From the NCBI GenBank assembly GCA_003971905.1, contig RSEE01000017.1, forward strand, positions 744,001-808,000: DNA of 64,000 bases. The letters are read 5' to 3'. The stretch is from Moniliella sp. 'wahieum' (taxonomy: Eukaryota). Position 1 is the stretch's first letter. The number at the start of each line of letters is the position of its first letter. Shown one piece after another: positions 25,572-37,983 of this stretch. A program made the position numbers and the translations under genes. The notes under the pieces were generated by a model that saw only the letters and a list, made by a program, of their open reading frames with translations, was not told where the DNA came from and ran no database searches.

Positions 25572-27051
25572 AGTCCGTCGAGCTGCCCCCCGTGATGATA
25601 CATTGTGCAAGAAGAGTCCCAAAATACCGAGTGACATCGTTCTGTGGGCTTTCGGGGGGAGAGGGAAGAGTACAGGAAGTGGAACGTGGCCGAGATTGAA
25701 GAGAGCACGAAGGAAGGAATCAATTATGATTCTGTGGCACTAGGCTTCCGTTTCAAGCATAAGAACGAATAGAAGGCTAAAGGGCTATTTTCCTCCCATT
25801 GCTGTCAGACCTTGATCCCGACTTCGATACACCAGCAAGTGAGAGCTCCAGAGGGGATCTGGCACTCACTCGTTCGCACCTAGTGCCCACTGCCCTCTCC
25901 ATACTGCGGGCTCACAGCCAAATGCTAATAGGGATGCATTGAAAGCCTCTCGACGGAATAAGGAATGTAACGATGGGGTTTATGTGGGGAGGTTCAAAAA
26001 CACCCCAAATGGGGCGAAGACGGACCGGCAAGTCTGGCGGAGTTTATAAAGCCAAACGCATCTCCTGCGCGAGAAGGCTACGCCTCCTGCCAGATGGCGG
26101 CATCAGTTGTGTTGGACATGTGCCATTGGGAAGGCCCACAACATGGTTGGCCTTAACCGCGATCCTCGTGCAACACGGTCACCTTTGCGTGCTAGGGGGC
26201 GAACTGGGTGCACGACGCCCAAACGGACGTTGCAGGAATCCGAACAGTTGGCCATTCCCAAAGGGGGGATGCCCCGCCGCTTTTTTCATTGATCTGCGGA
26301 TTATTGTTGTGTCTAACGTCCCGATCGATCCTACTACAGGTTGTGGTACTTGTGCTCGCACTCTAAAAACCTCATCGGCAAAATGCACACCCTTTTTTGT
26401 GTACAACAAACTGTATCAACGGGCTATGCAAGAGCCGTGTACTACTACTACTAAGTAGTACTAGGTGAAGTTGCAACTTGATTCTACGCAGCAACCCTAC
26501 TTTATGAGGATCTCACTCGGCCAAATCATGGCATCTTGGTTCAGTTGATCTCGGCCATCCAGCTAGGAAGGCTGTCGCAGGGTTGTGTCTCTCGCAAAAG
26601 TATATGAACAACCTTTTTCACTGATCCCCTCAAGGCCCATCCGCAGCTAGGCTTGTGGACTGTGGACAATGTATGCGCTATACGTTACTAATCCGGTTTT
26701 AAATGCATACAGATGCTGCCAGCCTGATGTATAAACTGTGCGTATTCCATACTAGCCCCACACATAACTTTCCCCAAACACAGAGCAACGCCCGCGGTCT
26801 CTGCGTTCGTTCTGCGTCTCTTCGCCACAGTTCCGTGGCGTATCTATACGTCGCATAACATGACTTTCACACGGTCTGAGTATAAGTAGTAACAACAAGG
26901 GAATCAGATCAAGCCAAAACCACATCCTCCACAGTCATGACATCGACTGTGACACGTGAACAGGGAGAATGGGATGAGAGCTGTGTCGTAAGGGAACAAG
27001 GCAAAAACTTTTAACTTTTGGGTCGAGTGGTTCCGACTCGATGAGGAGAGA

Positions 27052-29549
27052 TCATGGTGCTGCGCAGGGGGACTTGCGCGGCAAGGGTTCAAGAAGCAAA
27101 AGGGCCGAGCAGTCCTGTCTGACCCACCGGTCGACCGCCTGCTGAGCCATGCGCTCAGCGTCACTTCGGGGCGTACGCGGAGGGTCGATGGCGAAGAACG
27201 GGGCGAGGAAGAAGATGCCTACCACGTGGGGAGGAACACGTCCAAGGCCGCTTTTAGCGTCGCGATACGTCCCCGTGCCAGGGCAATGGAGGCGCATGAC
27301 CACTTCCCAATTGGATCGTTGCTGCATGAGCATGCAAACAGGCCCAAGCAAGATGCGTCATACTTTCTTCGTCACGGCGCCCCTTGCTCGCCGCTTGAAT
27401 GAGTGGGTTGAGGTGATCCTCGCTGTATTTCAAGCTGGGAGGGAGCGAGGCCAGTAGCTCATCCATCTCTCCCCTCGACCGCAAGTCAGACTCTGAATGA
27501 GCGCGGCCAAAGCCCTTCTAACCCAGCCACATTGGCGTCAAATTCGCCAGTTGGGACGGAAGGTGAAACGCCAGCGTACAGGCACTTGCGTCCATGCGCC
27601 GCTACCGCATGGGCCAGCAGCCCCTCCTTCTTACCTTCGCCCGCTTCCACCAGGCGCCACGCACAAGTCGTGTCCAGGGCCGCTTGACGCGCTTGCCCAC
27701 TAGCGAGCGCGGCAAGTCCAACAGGGCATATGTCATCGGATGGCAGGAACTGCTCAGGTGTGAGCGCAAGGAGCGACGAGATGCCTGGGCATGAGGCGCT
27801 CCTTCATCTGGCGAAAGTGTAGCAGCGAACAAAGCATGGTGCAACGCCGGTCCATGTCAAACCGGTACCCGTCCTTGTCGTTCTCCGTCTTGGTCAAAGA
27901 GGGGAACATAACGCGAGCGGGAACCCACTTGTCCTAAACTGTGCAACGAGCTCCTCTTGCTTATCGAGAGGGGGCAGGAGAGCTACAGCCGATTGTCGAA
28001 GCATTGCCTCAATTCCTTCCGCGGGGCGATGACCTTGGGAGAAGGGGTCGTGACCTTGTTGCCGCGCGCAATGGACCAGCCTTCTGGCGAAGCAGAGGCA
28101 GGAGGCAATGCGCTTGTCCAACCGGCGCCCGCTTCGGAGGTGACGGTATCAGCCGCCCCAGGCTCCCCTGCCCTTTCGCCCAGGCTGGGCAAAGAGGAAC
28201 GAGAAGAGCGCGAGTCGCTTGATAAGGGCCCGGCCAGCGGGGGGACCACGGAGGATGCCCGTCGCACAACAGCAGGTGGTGGAGTGAGCACCGAGAGCGG
28301 CGGGGTAGCCCCTGCAGTAGGCTTGGAGGGAGCAGCAGCTTCTGCCAGGACTGCCAGTGACGAATTGTCGCTAGTAGGCTGAGGTTGAGGTGGTAGGCTG
28401 CGAGGCCCAAAGTAGGTCAACGAGCACCAATTTGGCCAGTTGAAACGCTTCTTCCAACCGCTGATTTGGGAAGTGACGTCTCTTCCCCATCCAAAGTGTC
28501 CACGGCAGATTGAAGAGAGTATGAGGAGGGCAAAGAATCGAGCCGCTTGTGCTGACTCCGGAGCCAAGACACCGGATTCGTCGCTAACATGCACACAAGG
28601 TCAGTCACCTCCTCTTCCAGCGCAAGGGAAACAGAGAAAACTGAGCGTACTAGTATTGGCACACTTTGCCGTTAAAAATACAGTTGCCACATGGCTGCTT
28701 CGGTCGCATCGACGTTTAGCTTTGTGGCAGGAAGTGCAGAACGCTGTGACCGCTTTCGCTTTCCACGCTGTGGCACATAGGCATGTCCCAACCTTCATCT
28801 CCCCCAACAAAGCTAGATGGAGGGGCCTCCCGCAATACCGACGGGTCCGCCATAACTGGGCCTAGCACGAGTGGGGTAGACGAGGTGGGGGATACATTGG
28901 TTGCCGGGGGCAGAGGTGGGAGGTGGCGGTGTGGGTCGGCGGCGATGAAATGGGACCGAGTGTGAGGGGTCGAGGCTCCGGACCAGGCAGGCGTAACCGA
29001 CCCACTCGCTTCGGTCACAGTCGAGAGTAGGTTGGCACGCACAGCATATCTGCGTGCTTGTGGCAAATCGTCAGACCAACGATGTTGGCGGGGCGGTGGA
29101 CGCTCCCCCCACCCACCCACAGGCGGGAATCGATGGGGTGGAAGCAGGAAGACGCCAGCGGCGCAGAAGAGGTGGAGGTGTGGTGGAGGTGGCGGAAGAG
29201 ACGGAGGCGCGATGGGGCGGGGGCGGGGGAGGCGGTAGGGTGGTGGATGGCAAGGAGGGACGCGACGAGGGAGTGAACGATGCAGACGGAGCTACGCTGT
29301 GCCGGCGAGGCGGGATAACAGTGAGCTGGTCGATGGGGGGCAGAGGAGTCTCGGCGGGAGACCAAGCAGTGTGAGCGTCGTGGATGGCCGGGAGCGTCGG
29401 TGCGCCGGCGTGGCGTGTTGGGGGTGCGGCGGAGCGGAGGTGGCGAGGCGGGGCGATGGAACAAGGGCCGGTTCCTCGCGGACTGCGGCAGCGGAGGCGG
29501 AGGGAGGGCTTGCCGGCGGGGGAGGGGATGATGATGGGGGGGGGGGCAT
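27052..29549 (-). CDS. Zn(II)2Cys6 binuclear cluster transcription factor
   Basis: After correcting one indel, about 28657-28738 reads CTSCHKAKRRCDRxQPCGNCIFNGKVCQY, a complete C6 cluster. Introns 28584-28650 and about 29057-29120. Pro-rich N-terminus from ATG 29549 (LPAIHD, LPPIDQL, RRHSV). C-terminal helical region (MDELLASLPPSLKYSEDHL...AWACLHAHAATIQL). Confidence 0.78.
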
Positions 29550-29687
29550 GGGGACGGGGACGGAGGGGATGGGGATGGGGACGAGGCGGGGGGGGGGAGG
29601 AGGGAAAACGCAGACGCAGAGGATGGCGGTTGCGAACGGCGGCTGGGACTGTGGGGGTTGATGCGGGGCAGGGGCGCGTGCCATTCG

Positions 29688-29695
29688 TTATATAT
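29688..29695 (-). promoter_or_regulatory. TATA box of the Zn2Cys6 gene
   Basis: Minus-strand ATATATAA in a very GC-rich context, about 140 nt upstream of ATG 29549. Confidence 0.55.
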
Positions 29696-30133
29696 GCCCG
29701 AGCGGCTGGCGTGGCCTGGGCGCCGGAGCAGCCGAGCCGGCTGGCCCGGCGGGGCCGGCGACACTGGCGTGCTGGGGCGTCCGCGGTTGGGCCCGCATCG
29801 TCGCGGGGGCCGAACATAGCGGGGTACGCGCAGAGACTGGCGCCGCCGCGGAGGGGAGGACGGTGTTAGTTGTCTCAGGCCCAACGACCCGCCCGCGTCC
29901 CCCGCTGGGCGAGGGGGCGCGCACAGCGCCGTGCCTCCCCCGCATTCGTGTGTCCACTGCGGCGCATGCGGGCAGACCCGTGGACAGCGCCCTACAGCCG
30001 CCGCAGCGCCATCGCGCGGGGGCGGCCGACGCCGACGACGCAGCAGCTGGGGGGCGCTGGCTGCTGGGCGCCACTGGCGCCGGCCCTCTGCCCCATGCCC
30101 CGGGCGCTGATGCTCAGCGCTCCGCCGGATCGC

Positions 30134-30178
30134 GCTGGGCTGCTGGGCTGCTGGGCTGCTGGGCTGCTGGCTGCTGGG
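30134..30178. repeat. 8-bp tandem repeat (GCTGGGCT)n, about 5 copies
   Basis: gctgggctgctgggctgctgggctgctgggctgctggctgctggg, upstream of the Zn2Cys6 gene. Confidence 0.85.
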
Positions 30179-32000
30179 GCACAGAAGGGTCCGCCTGTCC
30201 CGGCCCGGCATGTTCTATTCCCGCGTCACATCTCACCCATCGACATGGGCGCCATGCCGTCACGCGGCACGTGTCACGCGGCGGCGATTGATTGAATATT
30301 GAAACGTCAACATGACGGGGAAGGGCAACGCCGGCAAGGCGCTTCTAATACTGACTGCCAAGCTGCGTTGGCTGGGATTACTAGTTACGTCCGCAGCGGC
30401 TAATCGCGCACAGCGCCGATTGGCTACCAAGCCAAGCACACGCTCACTTGCTCACAGTGCCTGGGGTGCGTCAGCAGCCCTGGCCTGGTGCGCTGGCGGT
30501 GCCTGGCCACCGGACCAGTCTGACCACGCGGACCTTGTTCCGGTGCACGTGACCGGGTCAACCGGATCACCTCGCGCCAGGCTTGACCGGCTGGCCGGTC
30601 ACATGTCACATGTCACAGTGACTGTCACCGGTGACCACTCCTTACCCACACCTGCCGAAAGGCGACAGTTGCAGAGCCGCGGACAGGGGGGGGGATTCCG
30701 GCGCAGGTTTCCTTCCTTCGTCCGCATCGCCCGACAACACGCAACCTGGCGCTCCGCAGCCGCTTCTTGCATCTCTGATCTATCTATGAATGACGTCGGG
30801 TCGATGGATTGAGAGGGGTCATCGTCATCTCCATACAATCGCCAGGTTTTACCGGTTACCGGCTACAGATTACCGGTATTAACCCACCCCAACGATACAT
30901 CGTCCCTCCCGCCAGAGCCACGCCCCCATGCTGGACCCTCTTGGACCCGCGGCGAGCACCAAGGTAAAGGCAGTATGACTTAACAGAAGATGGAGATGGG
31001 AAAAGGACGAGATCATCGATATTCATCGCGGGAAAAGGAGGCGAGGTATTATATACCTCGGAGAAGATAGCGTGCGAGCTGAGTCACGAGAAAGCAGGGG
31101 AGCAGAAACAAAGGGCAAACAGGGTCTAGAACAAATGAGGGTTCATCAAACCTGATGACTATGTGACCATGTCGTTCTGATCCCGACATGACTAGGACCG
31201 TTGTACAAAGAAGCAACTCAAGTAACAACGTGGAGAAACGGAAGAAACGAACAGCTTTCTTTTTCCGGCAGGGCTTTTCTTCTCTGGTCGTCCGCTGTTG
31301 CTCTCAATCCTACCAGCCTTTTTCAATCTGCCCACCTTACTCTCTCGGAGAGATGGCGTCCGTCGTCGTTGTTCCTCTGCCATCGGTCAACTGACCTGAC
31401 ATGCTGACAGGTGAAATGGGTTTCCTGCACGTCGTCTATATCTTTTCTAGTCGATGGAGTAGTAGTAAAACAGTACGCTAACTGCTGTGGGTGGTGCCAT
31501 TATGCAGTAGAATATAAGCTGAGGCCGCTGAGGCCGTTGGCACAAATACATCCGTCCAATCTAAGATCTATAAGTGTCGATGAACCCCTGGGACCTAGAT
31601 CGTGAGAAGGTGACGAGATGATATTGATACCCGGAAGATGTAATGGTATTATCGATTATCTGCCAGCTTAATTGCTCTTCTACATGCAGGACCCTCAAAA
31701 ACCCGCTCATGCACTAACTGGCACCTTCAAACCGTTACATGTTTAGGACATAGCACCATTGGCAACCACAAACGTCATGCAATGTAGCATGCAATGCGCA
31801 GGTCCAACAGCTTAGCCATGCTTGGCCCCCCCACCCGCGTAACACATTTTGTTACCCGTTACGCGTTACCACCCCCTCCTGCGCTCTTGTGGACATGCAT
31901 GTACCCGCCGACTTTCTCGCCCTCGTTAATCAATTTGTGGGGGTCACCCCCGGTCACAAGTGACGGTGAGGTCACTCCAATATGGTGAACCAGGACCCTC

Positions 32001-33490
32001 TGTTCACGTTCAACGTTCAACGTCGTTCAACGTCCAATAACGTTCATTGCCGGTGGGATCTCATGGTATGCATTACATGTTTTACTAAGGCAGACAGTGA
32101 TATGCACCCCATCCAGTTGCGGACCGCGAGCGTCGATGCTCAGCATCTCTGTGGAGTAACCAGTAAGAGCTCAGCTTATACTGAGCATTGAGAGTTTCTC
32201 ACGGGCACACGTTCGGTCAACCTCTGTTCCCCTCCTTTGCTTTTGATCAACATGCTACAATGCTGACCACAGTTAACCACCGAGATGAGCTCCAGTTTTT
32301 CTTGATGGAGAAGTTGTGAATGACGACCCCTCACTTATGTCGCAGGCCTCACAGGCCTCACATGTCACAGAAGGCTGAGGCTGAGCTGAGGCTGAGGCTG
32401 AGGCTGAGGCTGAGCTCAGCGCCGAGGCTCACGTTTTTTAAGGGTCACCGGTCAAGGGTTAAATTTAACACTAAGCTATTATAGGGCTGAGCACGCGCTG
32501 AGCGATCCCCACAGGCCTTCTTAGACACTTTTGCGACGCCACGCTGGTGTAGTGGCGCCGGGAGCCCACGCCCGCAACCGTCGGGTTCATTAATCATTTC
32601 TTGATGCAATATTCTCCGTTCTGGAGCGAGAACATTCCCTAGCCTCTACTGTGGCCGGTGACCGGACCGGTGACCCCGTTGTCCATGGAATAAAGGACAA
32701 GTGGGAAATGGTAACATGGACCACTGCCCAGCACCTGGCAACCGGTAATGGGTAACGTTTGCGGTATGGCCTGGTATGGCCTGGTGTGCAGTATGGCGCG
32801 TTGTGCCCATCGCTCAAGAAAGTGTGAAAAGCTAATATGCGATGTTTAACAGAAGGGGGCATTGGCCAAGTGTACGCTCTAATAGCCTGGGCCTGGCCCG
32901 AACAGTGTGAAGGTGCTGACGATGACTGAATACTGACGGGTCCGTAACTCAGTACTCGGTGATTCATGATTGAATTCAGTGCACGCAGATTCCGTACTGG
33001 CCGTACTGAGGAAACTAGTAACCCAGTAACTCAGTAACTCAGTTACTCGGTGTGAGTTCTGAACGATCTAAACTCAGATCTCAGATCTAGTATCTACTGG
33101 GCAATTGCCATTATCAAAGGGACTGGGGGTGACCGGTGACCGGTGAGGCCGAGGCCTGAGGCGGCTTAGGCCGTAGCGGCTTAGGCGGCGCGGTGGGCCC
33201 AGCTGGGCACTCAGCCAGAACAGTCATGGACTTACGCTTAGCTTATTAGTCTCCTCTTCCCGCTGAGCCGCTAGGCGGCTGAGCACAATGGGCCACCACG
33301 CACCAGGGGCCGCCCTGGCCTGTGAATTCAAAAGCACCCAGCTTTAAGCTTTACGTTACGCAGCTTCAGCTCATGCATCATGCATCACCGGCCGTCACGC
33401 GTCACGCGTCACTAGTCACTGGTCCCTTATTCTGAAATCAGCATCATTAGTGCGTCACAGTATTGGGTGACGTGGGTGACGGGTGCGTTA
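32001..33490. repeat. Cluster of 7-bp palindrome micro-arrays plus (GGCTGA)n
   Basis: ACGTTCAACGTTCAACGT (32006), (GGCTGA)n at 32373-32420, CTCAGATCTCAGATCT (33073), GGTGACCGGTGACCGGTGAGG (33128), and a composite tract at 33366-33423. Confidence 0.85.
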
Positions 33491-33785
33491 CTAGAGCGTA
33501 TCCTGCGTCCCTGTGCTCCCGATTACACCCGTCGGTCGAATGCAGGAGTGCGCTGGGATGCTGCAGCTAATTCCAGTGACACATGTTGCTGTGTCAATCA
33601 GTAATTCATCCCAGCCACAATCTGAAAGCTCATATCTCCATCTCCGATATATACTCACCATCTCGACCTCTTTGTCTGCTATCTCTTGTCGGCTCTCCTT
33701 CCACAACACCTGCTGCCCTTTCTTCTTCCGCACCCACCAGGGCGATCGAAGGAGTACCGGTCTCTTCATCCGCTTTTTGGCAACA

Positions 33786-36241
33786 ATGCTTCCCCATCCA
33801 CGGGCGCACCCACCAACACCGGCGTGCGAGATTGCACTCCATGTGGCGAGTGAGGATGTTTATCTGCGCCCTGCTCCACCCCGGTCACGTTTGCCTGGCC
33901 CAGACCAGACTCTGAGCGGGGTGGTAGAGCTGATGTGTCCGACCGACCGGTCGATCCAGTCTGTCAAGGTATCACTCGAGGGGCGGCAAACACTCTATTT
34001 CCCGGATACTACCCATGCAACTGGGATGCGTTGCGAGGAAAAAGTGGTGTTCAGCACCACTCTCCATCTCGTCAAACATTACCTTCGAACGCCCAAAACC
34101 CACATGCCCGATGCCTCTCCAACACTGACAAGCGAAAATGAGACAGATGGAGCCCAATTGGCTGCCTCTTCGCTTGTTCCTGACGAGTTGGGTCATACCA
34201 CCGACCCACCCCGCAGTACGCTCCCGACACGACCCACACACCATCGGTCAAAGCCCCCCACCAGCCGCTGCAGCTCACAGCTGGCGTACACGGGTATGCA
34301 TTATGCTGTTTCCCTGTAAGATGATCGAGCCAACGCAAACTGACTTCCTTTTTTGATGGGCTCCAGGTTTGAGTATATGTTTGTCATCCCAGCCACCACG
34401 CCTGCCTCCTTTTCCCGGACTGAGGATGCGTCGCTTCGTTATGTTGTGACCGCCACGGCGTTGGGTGCAGGGAGGGGGGGTAAGTCAGACATGTCTACAT
34501 GGAAGGAAGTGTACCTCCTTACCCAGGTTCAGCCCGATGGAGGTCCTGCCCCCCTCGACATGCAATTTGAAGGTTACCATGAGGCATTGGGTCTTCTTTC
34601 TCTTTCACTTCTCTCTGCCTCACTGACGGTGGGAGGGACAGCGGCGGTGGGAGTACGTCACCATGATCCACCAGCGGGGGTGACAGTGCATACCATTCGT
34701 GTCTACTTGAAACAAACTGTGGAGCTCTTCAGTTCTCAACGACAAAAGTGGCTCAAGCTCCCAGCGAAAAAGTTACGGTTGTGGGAAAAAGGGTGCAATC
34801 CCTCCCCCTACCGTCGCCCGGACGAGGGAGTACCCGAAGACACAATTTGGTTTGCCCAAGAGGATGAGGATGGCCAGGCCACTCCGGGACGGCCCGGGCT
34901 GGGTGCGGCGGCAGGACAACCCACTGTCAGCCCCTTTGGTACCGCGCTTGACGGCACCTTTGCTCAGTATAGCGTAGCGGGCCGTCGTTCCCCACCTCCA
35001 TCTGAGACCAGTGATGGCTATTCCCTCCATTCCATCTTCCGTTTGCCCGACCATGGTGCGATGCGGCCGAGCACCGTGCGTGGATCACAGACGGACATTC
35101 GGGTTTCGCACGAGATTGGGATTGATGTATTCTTTTCGCGCTTGAGTGTACTGAACACGATGTCCAACAGTGGCACGACTGGTCTCCCCAAAGTGCAGGT
35201 CTTTTCCATGCATCGGACTGTTGCCATTGCCTCCTGTGCCTGCACTCATGACACGATCTACCTTCCGCCCTACTCGCTGGAGCCCCCGCCCTACTCTCCC
35301 CTGAGATTGCGGCAAGACAGCCCGTCGCCGACTATGGACTGCCCACAACTCTCTGACGACAGATGCAGCCCTTCTCCCCCTCTGGTGCTTACGACCAAGA
35401 GAGAAGAAAGGGCCTTGCGTGAGCGTCTGGTCACCTCCCCCGCCGATGGACATTCTCGCGACCCTTCACCTGAGCCTCGCGCTTCCTCTCCCACCGAGGG
35501 CTTTACCCGCCGCCTTGTCAAGGCCAAGTCAATCCAAACTCTGGTCCGGGCGGGGAAAGATGCCCCGCACCCGTCCACCAAGCGGCCTACCCTGCGAACG
35601 CTACACACGCTGCACTCTTTTACTCTGCCCCACGCTCCATGTTGGGTAAAAAATGGACGCTCACCGCATCCCCCAAGACTGAGACGAGTTCGGTTGAGAT
35701 GGACGTCGGCCTGAACGGCTGGAGCGAAGAAAGCGCGCCGCCTCCGCTGCCGGACTGGTCGCTCCCGTCTCCATACTACGGCGACACTGCGACACACACC
35801 TTGCACCCCCACTGTACCTGTGCCCGTGGGTCGGAGGAATTGGCACAGGGAGAGCAACGGCTCCTCATGGGCGTGTCAACTTCCCCCGGTGTATCGTTGG
35901 ACGTGCAGGAGGAAGAGGGAGCCCCCCCGACTTCTCATCTAGTGAGCAAGGTCCCTCCCCCTCCTGCCGTTTCGGATTGGGACGAGCTGGCCTTCGGCCA
36001 AGTCAAACAAGAGGGGCGAAGCTCCCCTATGCATCACTTCACTTACTGCGGTGGACGAGATCGGCTCATACTGAGACAGGCCAAAAGGGTGGCTTGCTCT
36101 ACGGATCTCGATCTCCCACTGTCAATCATGTTCTTCTTGTTCATTACTGTTTATGCCTCCAACGTCGTGTGGAGTTTGCGCTGCTCATATCGACGTTCAA
36201 CCTCGAACAATTCATATACTGTATTCTACTTTTGGTGCTAA
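33786..36241 (+). CDS. Alpha-arrestin (arrestin-related trafficking adaptor)
   Basis: EIALHVASEDVYLRP...DQTLSGVVELMCPTDRSIQSVKVSLEG, RFEYMFVIPATTPASF, LRYVVTATA, IRVSHEIGIDVFFS, and PY motifs LPPY and PPPY. Intron 34294-34366. The C-terminal end is uncertain (about 36000-36241). Confidence 0.75.
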
Positions 36242-37896
36242 GTACTGGTTACGCGACCTGGCGGCGCCTCCTACCCCCCCCTTCTCCCCTTGTGCTACAT
36301 TCGTATCCGTGGTACCGCTGCATCTGCCATCACAGTGAAATGTCATTCATCTCATCAACGCTCTTCCCTTCCATGGATATAGCCAGGATTCATACATGTT
36401 AACACGGAAAACGATTCTCCATGCACCAATCTTGAAGCTTGGCACCTGATAATCGACTTGGCCGGCATGATGCATATGACCCGAAAACCATGTATGCAAA
36501 CCAGAACAAAGACCATGATTGTGTTTTATATGATGGTCTGGTTCTTATTGAGGGCCGAGTAAGTTATTGTTATTAGTAGCCGACGACCATCGCACACAGT
36601 ATAGCTCAGACAATGACCCTGCTGTTAATGACCCTTCCGTAGGGGCCGGATAAGCACAGTGCGGGTGACATCATGGGGACACCGAAGGGGTCTCACCGGT
36701 CACCCTCCTACTTGGTACGTCTCCGACGAGGTGGTAACAAAACGCCGAAGAAAACCTCTGCGTGGGCGTAGATCTGCTAGAGTGCGGCAGGGAACGCTAT
36801 GGGCAGCACGAGTGATGAGCTATCAAGGCGTGCAAGAAGGCAGGGCAGTCAGCCACAAGTCCTTCAAGCAAGCTGAAGGGAAGGAGACAAGAGCCAAGCA
36901 AGCAAGTCATAACAAAGGGGTGGCGCAGCTCGCGCAAGGGGCGAATCACCCGAACCAGCGAGCGTCACCGATCCATTGGAGAGAGTGCAGGTGAACCCTA
37001 CCCTCTATAGCAAGATCTTGTCCAGCTTTTGAACAAAAAAGAGCTTGAAGCTTGACTTTAACTCTTCTGGTCACACAGGCCGGTCACCGGCCACCGGCCA
37101 CTAGTCACTAGAGTGGCGGTCCGGTTTGCTTTCCGGTCGTTCCGGTTGGCGGTTGCATTGATGGCAGCGTCTCCTGTTTCCGATCTATCTATCCGACCGC
37201 ATCGAGGCCGCATTCTTAGACCTTAGGTCCTTATGGTTTAGGCCGGCCTTACCGCGGTGAGATCTCAACCTCTCAACAATCTCGCCGTTTGCAACTGCCC
37301 ATCCGTGGCGAAGGCGAATTGTTAATTGCACCACACACAGCCCCCGTGCGGCGACGGCCGAATTGCGCCGTGTCGAGCGCTGAGACTGCCGCAGGCCGAG
37401 CGAGCGGCAGGATTCTGGCTGGCAGCCGCAGAGCGGCACACTGCCCTGCCGCCCCGGCCGTTGCCAGCTCACCGGCCGTATCACCCAGCCAGGAGCCTCG
37501 CGACGGTTTAACCGCCGTTTCGTAATCGAGCGCCCACCGCCGCCCACTCGCCTGCGCCGAGCTCCTGGGGCTGGAAGCGATGTATGTCACGTGGTCAGGC
37601 ACAGCACCCCTGTGCGGCCGCAACCGAGCCAGCCTGCCGCTCTGACGCTCTGCTGCTCCGCTGCTCCCTTACGGACGCTGAACCAGGCACGGGAAAAAAG
37701 AAAAAAAAAACTGCACCCTCGTGTCTCCGGTTGCACGATGTGTCACACTGACCACACCCGTTCCTTGATAGGCCGCATGAAGTAGCGTGGCCGCCTCCCC
37801 TCCCCTTATTTTCTTCCCCACCACCACCACCTCCTTCCCTTGCCGAAACTCGTTTTCGCAAGAGCTCGCAACTCCTCCTCGTCTTTTCCACACGGA

Positions 37897-37944
37897 ATGC
37901 CCCTGCTGCCCAAGCCACCATACTCCGTCTCCCGTCCCTGCTGA
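37897..37944 (+). promoter_or_regulatory. Upstream ORF MPLLPKPPYSVSRPC* in the HOL1-homologue leader (candidate polyamine/eIF5A-responsive uORF)
   Basis: ATG CCC CTG CTG CCC AAG CCA CCA TAC TCC GTC TCC CGT CCC TGC TGA, ending 39 nt before the main ATG. It resembles the S. cerevisiae HOL1 uORF MLLLPS*. Confidence 0.65.
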
Positions 37945-37983
37945 GTTGCCTGCTTGCCCCCCTCCCACACCACCCTCGGCTCG

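Noticed and set aside
28854..29660. Apparent 800-nt 5' leader with an intron on the Zn2Cys6 gene
   Set aside because: It reads as a Pro-rich coding extension from ATG 29549 broken by indels, and the TATA spacing fits that start.
32537..32600. tRNA-like A-box (TGGTGTAGTGG) followed by GGGTTCA
   Set aside because: The B-box is imperfect (GTTCATT), and no acceptor, anticodon or T stems can be paired.
37738..37785. Additional upstream ATGs (MCHTDHTRSLIGRMK* and MK*) before HOL1
   Set aside because: They lie before the pyrimidine-rich leader and are probably upstream of the TSS; this cannot be supported without 5' end data.
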